Part shown: piece by piece, positions 40,753 to 50,527 of the stretch
How the letters are laid out: each line of letters opens with the position of its first letter
How positions within the stretch are numbered: the stretch's first letter is position 1
Assembly: GCA_963705305.1 (NCBI GenBank)
Contig: OY970067.1
Coordinates: 5,536,001-5,600,000, forward strand
DNA length: 64,000 bases
Source of the DNA: an uncultured Methylomirabilota bacterium
GTDB lineage: Bacteria > Methylomirabilota > Methylomirabilia > Methylomirabilales > 2-02-FULL-66-22
Direction of reading: 5' to 3'
Notes under the pieces: generated by a model
What the model was told of the DNA's origin: nothing
The model's database searches: none
Seen by the model: the letters and a program-made list of their open reading frames with translations, nothing else
Translations under genes and position numbers: made by a program

Positions 40753-41475
40753 CTACTTCGCCTTCGCGCCCCCCAGGTAGGCGTCCCGCACCTGCGGATT
40801 GCGGAGGAGATCCTCCGCCGGCCCCTCCAGGACGATGCGTCCCGTCTCCATGACGTAGCCCCGCTGTGAGACGGAGAGGGCCATGCTGGCGTTCTGCTCT
40901 ACCAAGAGGACGGTGGTGCCTCGAGAGGCGTTGATCTCCTTGATCACGCGGAACATCTCCTGGACCAGGATGGGCGCCAGGCCGAGCGAGGGCTCGTCCA
41001 TCAGCAGCACGTGCGGCCGGGCCATGAGACCGCGCGCGATGGCCAGCATCTGCTGCTGCCCGCCGGAGAGGGTCCAGCCCAGGGCGTGCTTCAGCCGGCC
41101 CAGATCCGGGAAGATATGGAACATCTGACCCATGTCGTCTTCCAACTCCTGCCGGCGCATGGGCCGATTGGACGCGCCCAGGATCAGATTCTCCCGCACC
41201 GTCAGACCGGGAAAGATGCGCCGCCCCTCCGGCACGTGGGAGATGCCGCGCTTGGCAATGGCCTCGGCGGACAGGCGGTGAATGGGACGGCCCTGGAGCA
41301 GAATCTCGCCCCGCAGCGGATGGAGGAGGCCGGAGACCGTGCGGAGCGTCGTGGACTTGCCGGCCCCGTTCGCCCCCAGCAGGCAGACGATCTCTCGCTC
41401 CCGCACCTCCAGGGAGATGCCGCGAAGGGCCGTCACCGCCCCGTAGGCCACGTGGACGTCGTGGATTTCAAACAC
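40753..41475 (-). CDS. livF: LivF-like ABC ATPase (operon 2)
   Basis: GANGAGKST, LSGGQQQ, MDEPSLG. Confidence 0.9.
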   Translation of the reverse strand: MFEIHDVHVAYGAVTALRGISLEVREREIVCLLGANGAGKSTTLRTVSGLLHPLRGEILLQGRPIHRLSAEAIAKRGISHVPEGRRIFPGLTVRENLILGASNRPMRRQELEDDMGQMFHIFPDLGRLKHALGWTLSGGQQQMLAIARGLMARPHVLLMDEPSLGLAPILVQEMFRVIKEINASRGTTVLLVEQNASMALSVSQRGYVMETGRIVLEGPAEDLLRNPQVRDAYLGGAKAK

Positions 41476-43231
41476 CCAGGGCTACCTCCCGGTTGCCGAG
41501 ATAGGCCTCTACGACTGCCCGGTGCCGCAGTACCGCATCCGCGGTCCCCTCGGCGATCTTCTCCCCGAAATTGAGGACCGTGGCTAGCGTGGCGACCTGG
41601 GAGACCAGGGACATGTCGTGTTCCACCAGGACGATGGTGAGTCCCATGTCCTTCAGCCGCGTGAGGAGCTGGATCAGCTCCTGCTTCTCGGTCTGGTTCA
41701 GGCCGGCGCCCGGCTCGTCGAGCAGGAGAAGATCGGGCTCTCCGGCCAGGGCCCGCGCCAGCTCGACAAGCTTCTGGTGGCCGTAGGGCAGGTTCCGGCA
41801 GAGCTCGTTCACCTTGTCCGGCAGCCCCACGAACTCGATCGCCGCCATGGCGCGATCCCGGGTCTCGTGCTCCCGGCTTTTCTCCCGCTGCGCCCCGATC
41901 AGGACATTCTCCCAGACGGTCAGCTCGCGGAAGAGGCGCAAATTCTGAAAGGAGCGGGCCATGCCGTAATGGGCGATGCGGCTGGGACGCAGGCCGACGA
42001 CGTCCTGGCCCAGAAAGTGAATACGTCCGGCCGTGGGCACATACAGGCCGGAGAGCAGGTTGATGATGGTAGTCTTCCCGGAGCCGTTGGGGCCGATGAG
42101 GGCATGGATTTCGCCCTGCCGGACGGTGAAGTCTACCCCATCCACTGCCTTCACTCCGCCGAAGTGCTTGACGAGGTGCTCGACCCGCAGGATCTCCTCG
42201 CCCGCCTTCACGCGGCCGCCCACCTGGAGCGGGCGCCGGGCCGGCGGCAGGACCAGGGGCCGGGCGAAGCGGCGCCCAAATAGCTTCACGTAGCCCCAGA
42301 GGCCCTCGGGCATGAAGACGATCACCAGGATGATGGCGCAGCCGTAGACCACCAGGTAGACCCGCTGAAGGTCGCGCAGCCACTCGGGCAGGAAGGTGAG
42401 CAGGGTGGCGCCCAGGACGCCGCCCAGGGCGGAGTCGCTCCCCCCCACCAGCACCATGGCGAGAAAGGCGACCGCATGTTCAAAGTTGAAGCTGTCCGGG
42501 CTGACGTAGAGGTACCCCGAAGCGTAGATCGCGCCGCCCAGCGCCCCGATGACCGCACTCATGATGAAGGCGATAACCTTCACCCGGCGCGTGTCCACGC
42601 CCAGCGCCTCCGCCGCCAGCTCGTTCTCACGAATGGCCCGCATGGCGCGGCCGAGGGCGGTGTCACGGAGCCACCAGACCAGTCCGGCGACCAGCAGCAG
42701 GGCGGCCAGGGCGAACCAGGCGTACCGCTGCACAGTGTTCAGCGGGACGAGGAACAGCGGCCGCTTGATGTTGCTGATCCCGTCCGGGCCTCCCGTGACC
42801 TCGATCCAGTTGGTGTTGACTAGGGTGTAGATGATCTGGAAGCAGATCGTCACCATGGCCAGGTAGTGACCGCCCAGCTTGAGCGTCGTGCTGCCGAGCA
42901 CCGCCCCCGCCAGGAGAGCGGCCGCCAGGCCCACCAGCAGGGCGACCCACCAGTTCATTCCCCAGCGGGTGGTGCCCAGGGCCACCCCGTAGGCCCCCAG
43001 CCCGTAGAAGGCGGCCTGGGCCAAGGAGATCTGGCCGGCGTACCCCAGCACCACCACCAGGCCGAGCGTCGCGATGCCCCAGGCGGCGCCCAGGACGAGC
43101 AGGTTCGTGGTGTACCGGCTGGTGAAAAGGAGCGGTAGGATCACGACCACGACGGCACCCAGCGCCAGGGCCAGATAGCCCGGCCGGAACCAGGGACGGC
43201 TGCGGGCCTTCTTGCTGTCGGTACCGGTCAT
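41468..43231 (-). CDS. Fused LivM/LivG (operon 2)
   Basis: GYAGQISLAQAAF, GHYLAM; GPNGSGKTT, LDEPGAG. Confidence 0.9.
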   Translation of the reverse strand: MTGTDSKKARSRPWFRPGYLALALGAVVVVILPLLFTSRYTTNLLVLGAAWGIATLGLVVVLGYAGQISLAQAAFYGLGAYGVALGTTRWGMNWWVALLVGLAAALLAGAVLGSTTLKLGGHYLAMVTICFQIIYTLVNTNWIEVTGGPDGISNIKRPLFLVPLNTVQRYAWFALAALLLVAGLVWWLRDTALGRAMRAIRENELAAEALGVDTRRVKVIAFIMSAVIGALGGAIYASGYLYVSPDSFNFEHAVAFLAMVLVGGSDSALGGVLGATLLTFLPEWLRDLQRVYLVVYGCAIILVIVFMPEGLWGYVKLFGRRFARPLVLPPARRPLQVGGRVKAGEEILRVEHLVKHFGGVKAVDGVDFTVRQGEIHALIGPNGSGKTTIINLLSGLYVPTAGRIHFLGQDVVGLRPSRIAHYGMARSFQNLRLFRELTVWENVLIGAQREKSREHETRDRAMAAIEFVGLPDKVNELCRNLPYGHQKLVELARALAGEPDLLLLDEPGAGLNQTEKQELIQLLTRLKDMGLTIVLVEHDMSLVSQVATLATVLNFGEKIAEGTADAVLRHRAVVEAYLGNREVALGV

Positions 43232-44127
43232 GCCTTCTCCGCGACCTTCTCGCCGAAGATGCCCTGCGGCCGCAGCAGGAGAAACAGCATCAGCACCAGG
43301 AAGCTATAGCCGTCCTTGTAGATGGCCGAGATATAGGCGGCGCCGAAGCTTTCGATCACGCCCAGTGCCAGGCCGCCCAGGATGGCCCCCCGCACATCAC
43401 CGAATCCGCCGCAGATGGTGGCCGCGAACGCCTTGAGGCCAAGCATCCCCCCCATTTTGTGCGTCACAAAGAAGATGGGGGCGACCAGGATGCCGCCGAT
43501 CCCGCCCAGGAGGCTGCTGTAGATGAAGGTGAGGGCGATCATCACGGTTGCCGGGATGCCGAGCAGCCTGGCCATATCCTTGTCCTGCGAGGTGGCCTGC
43601 ATCTTCTTGCCCAGGATGGTGTACTCGAAAAAGAGATACTGGAGGCCGACCAGCAACAGCGTGACTATGAGGGTGATCACGTACTGGTAATCGAAGAAGA
43701 TGCCGCCCAGCGTGATGCCGCCGATCCCGTTCACCGTCTCGATCACTGGGCGGACCTTCTCGGGGGTCGGTCCGAAGACGGCCAGCGCCCCGTTCTGCAT
43801 CATGATCTGGGCGCCGATAGTGGCGATGATGACGGGAAGGAAGCTCCGGTTGCGCAGCGGGTAGTACACGGTGAGCTCGAAGATCAGGCCCACCGCCGCC
43901 ATGATGAAGAGCGCCAGCAGGATGGCCGCGAAGTAATTCAGCTTGAGTCCATGCCACAGGGCGAACAGAAAGTAGGCACCCAGCATGGCGAACTCGCCCT
44001 GGGCGAAGTTCACGACGTTGGTCGCCCGGAAGATCATGACGAAGCCCAGGGCGACCAGCGCATAGACGCCCCCGATCGCGAGGCCTGCGAACATGAGCTG
44101 TCCGTTCATGGACAGGCTTTCGAACAT
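43228..44127 (-). CDS. livH: LivH-like permease (operon 2)
   Basis: YALVALGF, NFAQGEF, RPQGIFG. Confidence 0.9.
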   Translation of the reverse strand: MFESLSMNGQLMFAGLAIGGVYALVALGFVMIFRATNVVNFAQGEFAMLGAYFLFALWHGLKLNYFAAILLALFIMAAVGLIFELTVYYPLRNRSFLPVIIATIGAQIMMQNGALAVFGPTPEKVRPVIETVNGIGGITLGGIFFDYQYVITLIVTLLLVGLQYLFFEYTILGKKMQATSQDKDMARLLGIPATVMIALTFIYSSLLGGIGGILVAPIFFVTHKMGGMLGLKAFAATICGGFGDVRGAILGGLALGVIESFGAAYISAIYKDGYSFLVLMLFLLLRPQGIFGEKVAEKA

Positions 44128-44240
44128 ATCCTATCCTCCCCGGGTCCGGGGACTGTCACCTGACTTCATCCGACGCCAGTCCCCACCCATCCCTCCCAAG
44201 AGAGATGGGCGGGGCTGCGTCGCACGTGCTGCCGTCTGCC

Positions 44241-45383
44241 TTAGCGGGGGACGTGCAGGGTCTTGAAGTACTTGATGGCCCCGTTGACGTTCTGCACGAT
44301 GTTGTAGTGGTCCAGGCCGTCGCCATTCTGGTCGAAGTTGTACTCCCCTTCCGCCCCCGGGAACTTCCGGATGCTCAGGATGGCCTTGCGGAGGTTCTCG
44401 GGCTTCAGGTCCGGCGACTGCTTCATCGCCTCGGCGAACACCAGGACCGCGTCATAGCACCAGGCAGCGTACAGATCCGGCTCCTGGCCGTACTTGGCCT
44501 TGTAGGCCTTGGCGAAGGCCATGGAGGTGGGGCTGGCATCCACGCTGAAGTCGGTGACGCCGTAGGTGCCGTAGAGCGAATCCCCGGCCAGGTTCCGGCT
44601 ATCCACGCCGGTGATCGAGGGCGAGCCCACCCACGTCACTTTGACGCCGAGCTGCTTGATCTGGCGGGCGAGCACGCCCAGATCGGTGCCGAACGTCATG
44701 TACGTGGCGAGGCCCGTGGCCCCGGACTTCTTGAGCGCCTCGACCACGCCGGTGAAGTCCTTCTCCTGGTTGTTGTAGCCCTGGTCAAGCACCACCTCGC
44801 CCCCCAGCGCCTTCACGGCCGGCGCCAGCATATCCCGCCCGCCGTTGCCGAAGGCGTCGGAGGCGTGGATGATGGCGATCTTCTTCAGCTTCAGATCGTC
44901 CACCATGAACTTGGCGATGACCTTGGCGCTCATGCCGTCATTCGGGCGGAAGCGGAAGACCCACTGGCTGCCGCTGTGGGTCAGGCCATAGTTGGTCCCG
45001 CCGATCGCCACGGGGATCTTGGCCTCGTTGATCGTGGGCAGCATGGCCTGCACCTGGGTCGAGCGGATGGATCCCAGGATCGCCACGATGTCCTTGTCCT
45101 CCAGGAGCTTTTGCAGGGCCGCCACGGCGCCCGGGTTGGTTGTCTGGTCATCCTCTTCCACCAGGACGAGCTTCCTGCCCTTGACACCCCCCGCAGCATT
45201 GATCTGCTCGACGGCGAGCTCGGCCCCCTGCCTGTGGTACTTGCCGGACTCCGCCGCCTCGCCGGTCATGGGGATGATCTGGCCAATCTTGATCGTCTTC
45301 GCCTGGGCATGAACCAGCGTGAACGAGACAAGAACGAGAGCCACAGCCGCAACCCCCGCGAGCCACCCCCTGTACGTGCTCAT
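44241..45383 (-). CDS. LivJ/K-like substrate-binding protein (operon 2)
   Basis: Signal peptide, IKIG, INAAGGVKG, WVFRFRPND; GGAGG RBS. Confidence 0.9.
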   Translation of the reverse strand: MSTYRGWLAGVAAVALVLVSFTLVHAQAKTIKIGQIIPMTGEAAESGKYHRQGAELAVEQINAAGGVKGRKLVLVEEDDQTTNPGAVAALQKLLEDKDIVAILGSIRSTQVQAMLPTINEAKIPVAIGGTNYGLTHSGSQWVFRFRPNDGMSAKVIAKFMVDDLKLKKIAIIHASDAFGNGGRDMLAPAVKALGGEVVLDQGYNNQEKDFTGVVEALKKSGATGLATYMTFGTDLGVLARQIKQLGVKVTWVGSPSITGVDSRNLAGDSLYGTYGVTDFSVDASPTSMAFAKAYKAKYGQEPDLYAAWCYDAVLVFAEAMKQSPDLKPENLRKAILSIRKFPGAEGEYNFDQNGDGLDHYNIVQNVNGAIKYFKTLHVPR

Positions 45384-45717
45384 GGTCTCCTGTCCTCCAA
45401 TCCCCCTTCCGGGTCCACTGCGTTTGCCGCCGAGCCCCTGACTCGGCATCTAAAAAGGCAGGGCGGGTGTAGGATGAGGCCGGGAAAATGCTCCCCCTGG
45501 ACGGACTAGGCGTGGTGGAAGTTCCGTCATATCGTCTTCGGTGTCAAGGGGAAGATGGGGGACGGCAGGGAAATGTCTCCCTTATGGAACCACTGGCGCG
45601 GACGTCGCGCTCTGCAGGTCCGTCGCCGGTACGCCTGGACCGGCGCCGCCCGGCCTTGGGCGTGCGGTGCGCCCGGAGTATCCCCCCGGCCGAGGCCGGC
45701 GCTTCCTTCCGTGCAGG

Positions 45718-46059
45718 TTAGGGTTTGGTCGGAGACTCTTGGTCGCTTTCTTTCTTGTTCTCCGGTGCCTTTGGAGGTTTGTCCGCTTCCCCCCCCACGA
45801 AGCGATTCCAATCGTCTATCGCGCTCTGGGCGGCCTTCCGGTGAGCCTCGATTGCCTTCTCCTGCTCCTTGACAAATGATTCGAGGCAGGACCGGTACAG
45901 ATCTACGGAGGCCTTATAGCGGTCAAGTTGGGCCTGGGTCACGAAATCCCGCTGCTTCAGCGGAGCAATGCAGTTGTGGGACGGGATATCCGGGCCGCTG
46001 GAGGCGGCAGCGGGTGAAAGCAGGAGAGCAATCAGAATGATTCCACCGACTCCTCGCAT
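45718..46059 (-). CDS. Small secreted hypothetical protein
   Basis: AAGGAGGT RBS, signal peptide, two Cys, helical AIDDWNRFV end. Confidence 0.65.
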   Translation of the reverse strand: MRGVGGIILIALLLSPAAASSGPDIPSHNCIAPLKQRDFVTQAQLDRYKASVDLYRSCLESFVKEQEKAIEAHRKAAQSAIDDWNRFVGGEADKPPKAPENKKESDQESPTKP

Positions 46060-46480
46060 GCGGCCTACCTCCTTCTCCTTCGGACTCTTTTCGTCCCATC
46101 GACTTCGGCTACTCCTCCATGCGGGGGCGTCTGGGCCGTTCCCTCCCGTGCAGCCCAGGTGCCCGATCCGCGAGCCGCAGGGCAGCAGCGTTCGCGATCG
46201 GGCATGCAAGGCGCGTCCGGCAGCCCGTATGCCGCCGGCAGTCGTGGACGCTGGCCGGGACCCCCGTGGCTGTGAGTCTCGACCGGGCCGCCCCTCTGCG
46301 GGAGATACCCCAGAGTGTAGCACACTCACCCCCTTAGGTCCGGAGGGCCCCACGTCCTCCGATGGCAGACTCTCGGAATTCACGGGGAGCCGGATCCGGC
46401 GCTCGGCAGGGGGCCGGGCCGGCTCTTGGCCGCGCACAAACGGGTGGCACCATCGGGCCGTCCGCTTTCGGTCATCGTGA

Positions 46481-46509
46481 TTGACAGCCGGCGGTACCTC
46501 CGATAGGCT
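46481..46509 (+). promoter_or_regulatory. Putative sigma70 promoter of DAHP synthase
   Basis: TTGACA-17nt-TAGGCT. Confidence 0.55.
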
Positions 46510-46590
46510 TCTATTGATCACTCCAAAGGTCGCGGGCCGGGAATCTTCGATCGTGCCAGAGGCACCCTTGCTATCCAGGGCGTTCCCATC

Positions 46591-47667
46591 ATGACAATCG
46601 ACCGCTTGGAAAACATCAACGTCGCCGCCTTCGATCTGATGCCCTCACCCGAGGAGATCCAGGCACGGCACCCGATCACGGAGGCCGCGGCGGCGGCGGT
46701 CCTTGGGGGGCGCGAGACCATTCGCCGCATCCTGGATCGAGCGGACCTTCGGCTCTTCATCATCGTCGGCCCCTGCTCGATCCACGATCTCGCCGCCGGC
46801 TACGACTATGCCCAACGGCTGCGGCACCTTGCCGAACAGGTTCGGGAGACGCTGGTCCTAGTCATGCGGGTCTACTTCGCCAAGCCCCGCACCGCCACCG
46901 GCTGGAAGGGGTTCATCAACGATCCCTACCTCGACGATTCCTTCCGCATCGACGAAGGGATGGAGAAGGCCAGGGCCTTCCTGCTGCAGGTGGCGGCGCT
47001 GGGCCTCCCGATAGCTACGGAGGCCCTCGACTCTATCACCCCGCAATACCTGGGCGATCTCATCGCCTGGACGGCCATCGGGGCCCGTACCGCGGAATCG
47101 CAGACCCACCGCGAGATCGCAAGCGGGCTGTCGACCCCGGTGGGGTTCAAGAACGGCACGGACGGCGACATCCAAGTGGCGATCAACGCGATCCGTGCGG
47201 CCGCCCGGCCCCATAGCTTCCTCGGCCTGAATGCCCACGGGCGATCGACGATCGTCCGGACCCGGGGGAATGCCTACGGCCACCTCGTGCTGCGGGGGGG
47301 CGGGGGGCGGTCAAATTACGATACGGTGAGCATTTCCCTGGTGGAGCGGGCGCTGGCAAGCGCGAGCCTCCCTCGGAACGTCGTCGTCGACTGCTCGCAT
47401 GAGAATTCCTCCAAAGATCCGGAATTGCAGCCGCTGGTGCTCTCCGACTGCGTACACCAAATCCGGGAGGGCAACCGATCCATCGTAGGTCTGATGGTCG
47501 AGAGCAATATCGAAGGGGGCAATCAGCCGATCCCGGCCGACCTGTCGACCCTCAAGTACGGCTGTTCCGTAACCGACCCGTGCGTCGATTGGCCCACCAC
47601 GGACCGCATGCTTCGCAAGGCCTGCCAGGCCCTGCGCAACGTCCTCCCCCATCGCGGAACCCCCTGA
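46591..47667 (+). CDS. aroG: DAHP synthase, class I-alpha (AroF/G/H type)
   Basis: GPCSIHD, KPRT..GWKG, IGART.ESQTHRE, GFKNGT, DCSH.NS, SVTDPC; paralogue type (F/G/H) cannot be resolved. Confidence 0.92.
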   Translation: MTIDRLENINVAAFDLMPSPEEIQARHPITEAAAAAVLGGRETIRRILDRADLRLFIIVGPCSIHDLAAGYDYAQRLRHLAEQVRETLVLVMRVYFAKPRTATGWKGFINDPYLDDSFRIDEGMEKARAFLLQVAALGLPIATEALDSITPQYLGDLIAWTAIGARTAESQTHREIASGLSTPVGFKNGTDGDIQVAINAIRAAARPHSFLGLNAHGRSTIVRTRGNAYGHLVLRGGGGRSNYDTVSISLVERALASASLPRNVVVDCSHENSSKDPELQPLVLSDCVHQIREGNRSIVGLMVESNIEGGNQPIPADLSTLKYGCSVTDPCVDWPTTDRMLRKACQALRNVLPHRGTP

Positions 47668-47743
47668 GCGTTGCCCCCTGCCTTCTGCGAAATCGTCCTG
47701 TTATTGATCATTGTATAAGTAATGGGCCACATGAAAGGGCAAG

Positions 47744-47915
47744 GGGGTCGGGCCGGGGTGCCCTGGAGCGCCGCGCCCGCGGGCGAGCCCGGCCCCGGCC
47801 CGGAGGGCGCCGTCCTGTGGCGGCCGACCCGGGGTAAGGGCGAGCCGGCATCGGGTACCCGCTTGAAGAGTGGGTGCAGGCGCCAGGCGTCGAGAGGGCG
47901 CCCCGGCCTGACCCC
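47744..47915 (+). ncRNA. Structured RNA, 6S (SsrS)-like candidate
   Basis: 21-bp closing stem (47744-47764/47895-47915) with two G.U pairs on +; irregular inner stem; 3' hairpin ACCCGCTTGAAGAGTGGGT; AT-rich TATAAG upstream. Confidence 0.5.
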
Positions 47916-47986
47916 AATCGGTCCGCCACTTTACTTTCGCAAGAATCAGTAGTCAAAAACGTCCCCTATTTCGAGCGCCGGCGACT

Positions 47987-49222
47987 TCATCGGGGCTCCA
48001 GGGAACTGATCCGAGCCAGCTCGGGAAAGAGACGCAGCCAGGCGAGGCTCACGAGAATCGTCCCCACCCCCCCGAGGAGCACGGCGGGCACGGTGCCGAA
48101 CAGGGCGGCCGTCACGCCGGACTCGAACTCCCCGAGTTGGTTCGAGGTCCCGATGAACATCGAGTGCACCGCGCTCACCCGGCCCCGCATCGCGTCGGGG
48201 GTTTCGATCTGAACAAGCGAGTTGCGGATAACCACGCTGATGACGTCCGCAGCCCCGAGGACCGTCAGCGCGCCCAGGGAGAGGCCGAACGAGGTCGAGA
48301 CCGCAAACACGACCGTGGCGAGACCGAAGGTCGCCACGGCGCCGAACATGATTCGCCCAACCCGACGGCGGAGCGGACACCGTGCCAGAACCACCGACGT
48401 GGTCAGCGCCCCGACGGCGGGCGCCGAGCGCAGCAATCCCAAGCCCCAGGGGCCGGTGACCAGAATGTCCCGCGCGTAGATCGGGAGCAGCGCTGTGGCC
48501 CCGCCCAGCAACACGGCGAACAGGTCGAGAGAGATGGCCCCCAAGATCGCCGGCTGGCGGCGGATGAAGGCGATGCCGGCGAACAGCGACCGGACGCTCA
48601 CAGGCTCGTGTGTGGCCGGTGTCCGCTCCATGCGGATGCCAGCCACGAGGAGGCTGGCACCGAAAAACAGGATGCCGGCCGTCGAGTAGACGGTGGTGGA
48701 GCCGGCCGCATACAGCAAACCGCCGAGCGCCGGCCCGAGGATCGAGGCCGTCTGGCCTGCCGACGCCGCCCAGGCGACAGCGCGCGGGATGAGCGCGGGG
48801 GGCACCAGGCCGGGGACCAGCGCCTGCAGGCTCGGCCCCTCGAAGGCCCGGGCCGCGCCCACCACGAAGACAATCGCCAGGAGGCTCTCCCCGCTTAGCC
48901 GCCCGCTGGTGCTCCCGAGGGCCAGCGTGCCGGCCGCCGTCGCCTCCACGAGTTCGCACGCCCGCGCCACCAGGCGGCGGTCGTAGCGGTCGGCCACCTG
49001 GCCCACCACGAGGGTCAGGAGAAACATCGGCAGGAACTGCGCCAGCCCGATCAGCCCGAGGTAAAATGGGCTTCCGGTGAGGGCATACCCCTGCCAGCCG
49101 ACGGCGACCGCCTGCATCTGAAAGGCAATCGTGGTCGCCATGCGCCCGAACCAATAGAAGGCGAACGGCTTCTGGCGCAGGAGCGCGGGCGCTGGAAGCG
49201 GGCGTGGAGATGAGGAGTGCAT
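47987..49222 (-). CDS. MFS transporter (DHA3/EntS-like)
   Basis: GQVADRYDRR, LDLFAVLLGGATALLP, TPDAMRGRV, SNQLGEFESG. Confidence 0.9.
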   Translation of the reverse strand: MHSSSPRPLPAPALLRQKPFAFYWFGRMATTIAFQMQAVAVGWQGYALTGSPFYLGLIGLAQFLPMFLLTLVVGQVADRYDRRLVARACELVEATAAGTLALGSTSGRLSGESLLAIVFVVGAARAFEGPSLQALVPGLVPPALIPRAVAWAASAGQTASILGPALGGLLYAAGSTTVYSTAGILFFGASLLVAGIRMERTPATHEPVSVRSLFAGIAFIRRQPAILGAISLDLFAVLLGGATALLPIYARDILVTGPWGLGLLRSAPAVGALTTSVVLARCPLRRRVGRIMFGAVATFGLATVVFAVSTSFGLSLGALTVLGAADVISVVIRNSLVQIETPDAMRGRVSAVHSMFIGTSNQLGEFESGVTAALFGTVPAVLLGGVGTILVSLAWLRLFPELARISSLEPR

Positions 49223-49433
49223 GGTGGATTGCGACGTGTCCACGGGGTTACCAGTCAATCGCATCCGTCGAGGGCGCTTCAAACGACGGGATGAGCGCCT
49301 GCCGCACCTCCGCCCGACGCTCCCGGGGCGCCGCTGGCATGCCGGCGGGACAGCTCGCGTGCGGCTCCGCAGGGCTTTCGGCTTCCGGAAAGTCAGCGCA
49401 GCAAACAACGCCCCCCGTCTTGTGGCGGGCAGA

Positions 49434-49643
49434 TTATCGCCGCCGGGAGGGCTGCCAGACGTACTCGCTCGCTTTCATGCGGAGGCTGCGCGGGGGGAGA
49501 CACCCGGGGTCGCTTCGCGTCACGATCACCTGGCACCACTCCCCCTCCAGCAAGGCGTGCAGGTAGGTGTGGGTCCCATTCCGCTCGCCACGCCAGCGGG
49601 TCACCCGTCCCACATTGTCGCGTGTGATGACGACGACGTTCAT
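49434..49643 (-). CDS. Small hypothetical protein (69 aa)
   Basis: AGGGG RBS + ATG; protein-like beta-rich sequence; divergent from the riboswitch promoter. Confidence 0.5.
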   Translation of the reverse strand: MNVVVITRDNVGRVTRWRGERNGTHTYLHALLEGEWCQVIVTRSDPGCLPPRSLRMKASEYVWQPSRRR

Positions 49644-49833
49644 GTCCCCTGCAGGTCCACGAAATAAGCCCTCGGCCATCGGAGTTCAGCCTGGGGCCTC
49701 ACCTTCTTGCACCAAGCCGAAGCCTTGGTCGAAGGATACAACAAGAAGGCCTGTGGGACGAGGCTGGAGTTCCACCTCTTCTTTTGTCGACTTGCCGAGG
49801 ACGCCCTGAGCCGAACGGCGCGAGAAGAAGCGC

Positions 49834-49862
49834 TTGACTCGGTTGGATTCATGAAGGAAAAT
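49834..49862 (+). promoter_or_regulatory. Putative sigma70 promoter for riboswitch 1
   Basis: TTGACT-17nt-GAAAAT, 13 nt before the aptamer. Confidence 0.45.
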
Positions 49863-49875
49863 ACACCAAAGAAAT

Positions 49876-49923
49876 GGCGATGGAGTTCGCGGGTCCCCGT
49901 CTGCGCGGGGTGATAACTCCTAC
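49876..49923 (+). promoter_or_regulatory. Fluoride (crcB-motif) riboswitch 1
   Basis: GGCGATGGAGTTCGC...CCCC/GGGG stem...TGATAACTCCTAC; P1 GCGA/TCGC; pseudoknot GGAGT/ACTCC. Confidence 0.88.
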
Positions 49924-49951
49924 TGGCAAAGCCAGTGGGGGTTTTTTATTT
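49917..49951 (+). terminator. Riboswitch 1 expression-platform terminator
   Basis: CTCCTACTGGC-AAA-GCCAGTGGGGG + TTTTTTATTT; 5' arm overlaps the pseudoknot strand. Confidence 0.85.
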
Positions 49952-50111
49952 CGGGGGTTTGACGGCAATTGCCATCGCCTCCCTCCAGACCGCAGGGCGC
50001 GAGGAGGACCGGTGGGCCGTGGCCGCCGGGGGTTCCGCCCCGCCGGACTACCGACCGCCGACTCCGGCCGAGAATCCGACGCCCGTGGACGCCTGAGCCG
50101 GGAGTCGCACT

Positions 50112-50525
50112 GTGCAGCGCAAGCAGCCGACGGTCCGCGATTTGAACAGTCTCGGCGTCCATTTCTACAGCGTCGAGGCCTATGACCTGGCCATCGTTCA
50201 GCTCGAGCAGGCGACCCGCCTGGCGCCGGACGTGGCCTCCATTCACTTCAACCTGGGGGGCGCCTACTACGGGAAGGGGCGTATCGAGGACGCGGAGCGC
50301 GAGTTCCAGGAGGCGCTTGATCTCGACCCCGGCCACGCGCGCGCCCACTGGTTCCACGGCCTCTGCCTGGAGCGGATGGCCCGTCTGGGCGAAGCCCTGG
50401 CGGAATTCCACTGGGTGCGGGAGCATTCGCCGGGGACTCGCGAGGCACGATCCGCTCTCGAGGAGATCCAGGCCATCGCCGCCCTTTCCGGACGGGAAGG
50501 CCGCGGGGCCTCCCTTACCGGATAG
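50112..50525 (+). CDS. TPR protein
   Basis: Three TPR-like repeats (LNSLGV, HFNLGGAY, HWFHGLCL). Confidence 0.85.
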   Translation: MQRKQPTVRDLNSLGVHFYSVEAYDLAIVQLEQATRLAPDVASIHFNLGGAYYGKGRIEDAEREFQEALDLDPGHARAHWFHGLCLERMARLGEALAEFHWVREHSPGTREARSALEEIQAIAALSGREGRGASLTG

Positions 50526-50527
50526 CC

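Noticed and set aside
45600..45720. Minus-strand CGGAAGGAAGC resembling the SRP RNA core, within GC-rich hairpins
   Set aside because: Lacks the CAGG...GCAGC symmetric loop and the long closing helix.
49851..49913. Possible Trp leader peptide MKENTPKKWRW... before a terminator
   Set aside because: The same bases match the fluoride riboswitch consensus much better, the ATG lies inside the predicted promoter, and no trp genes follow.
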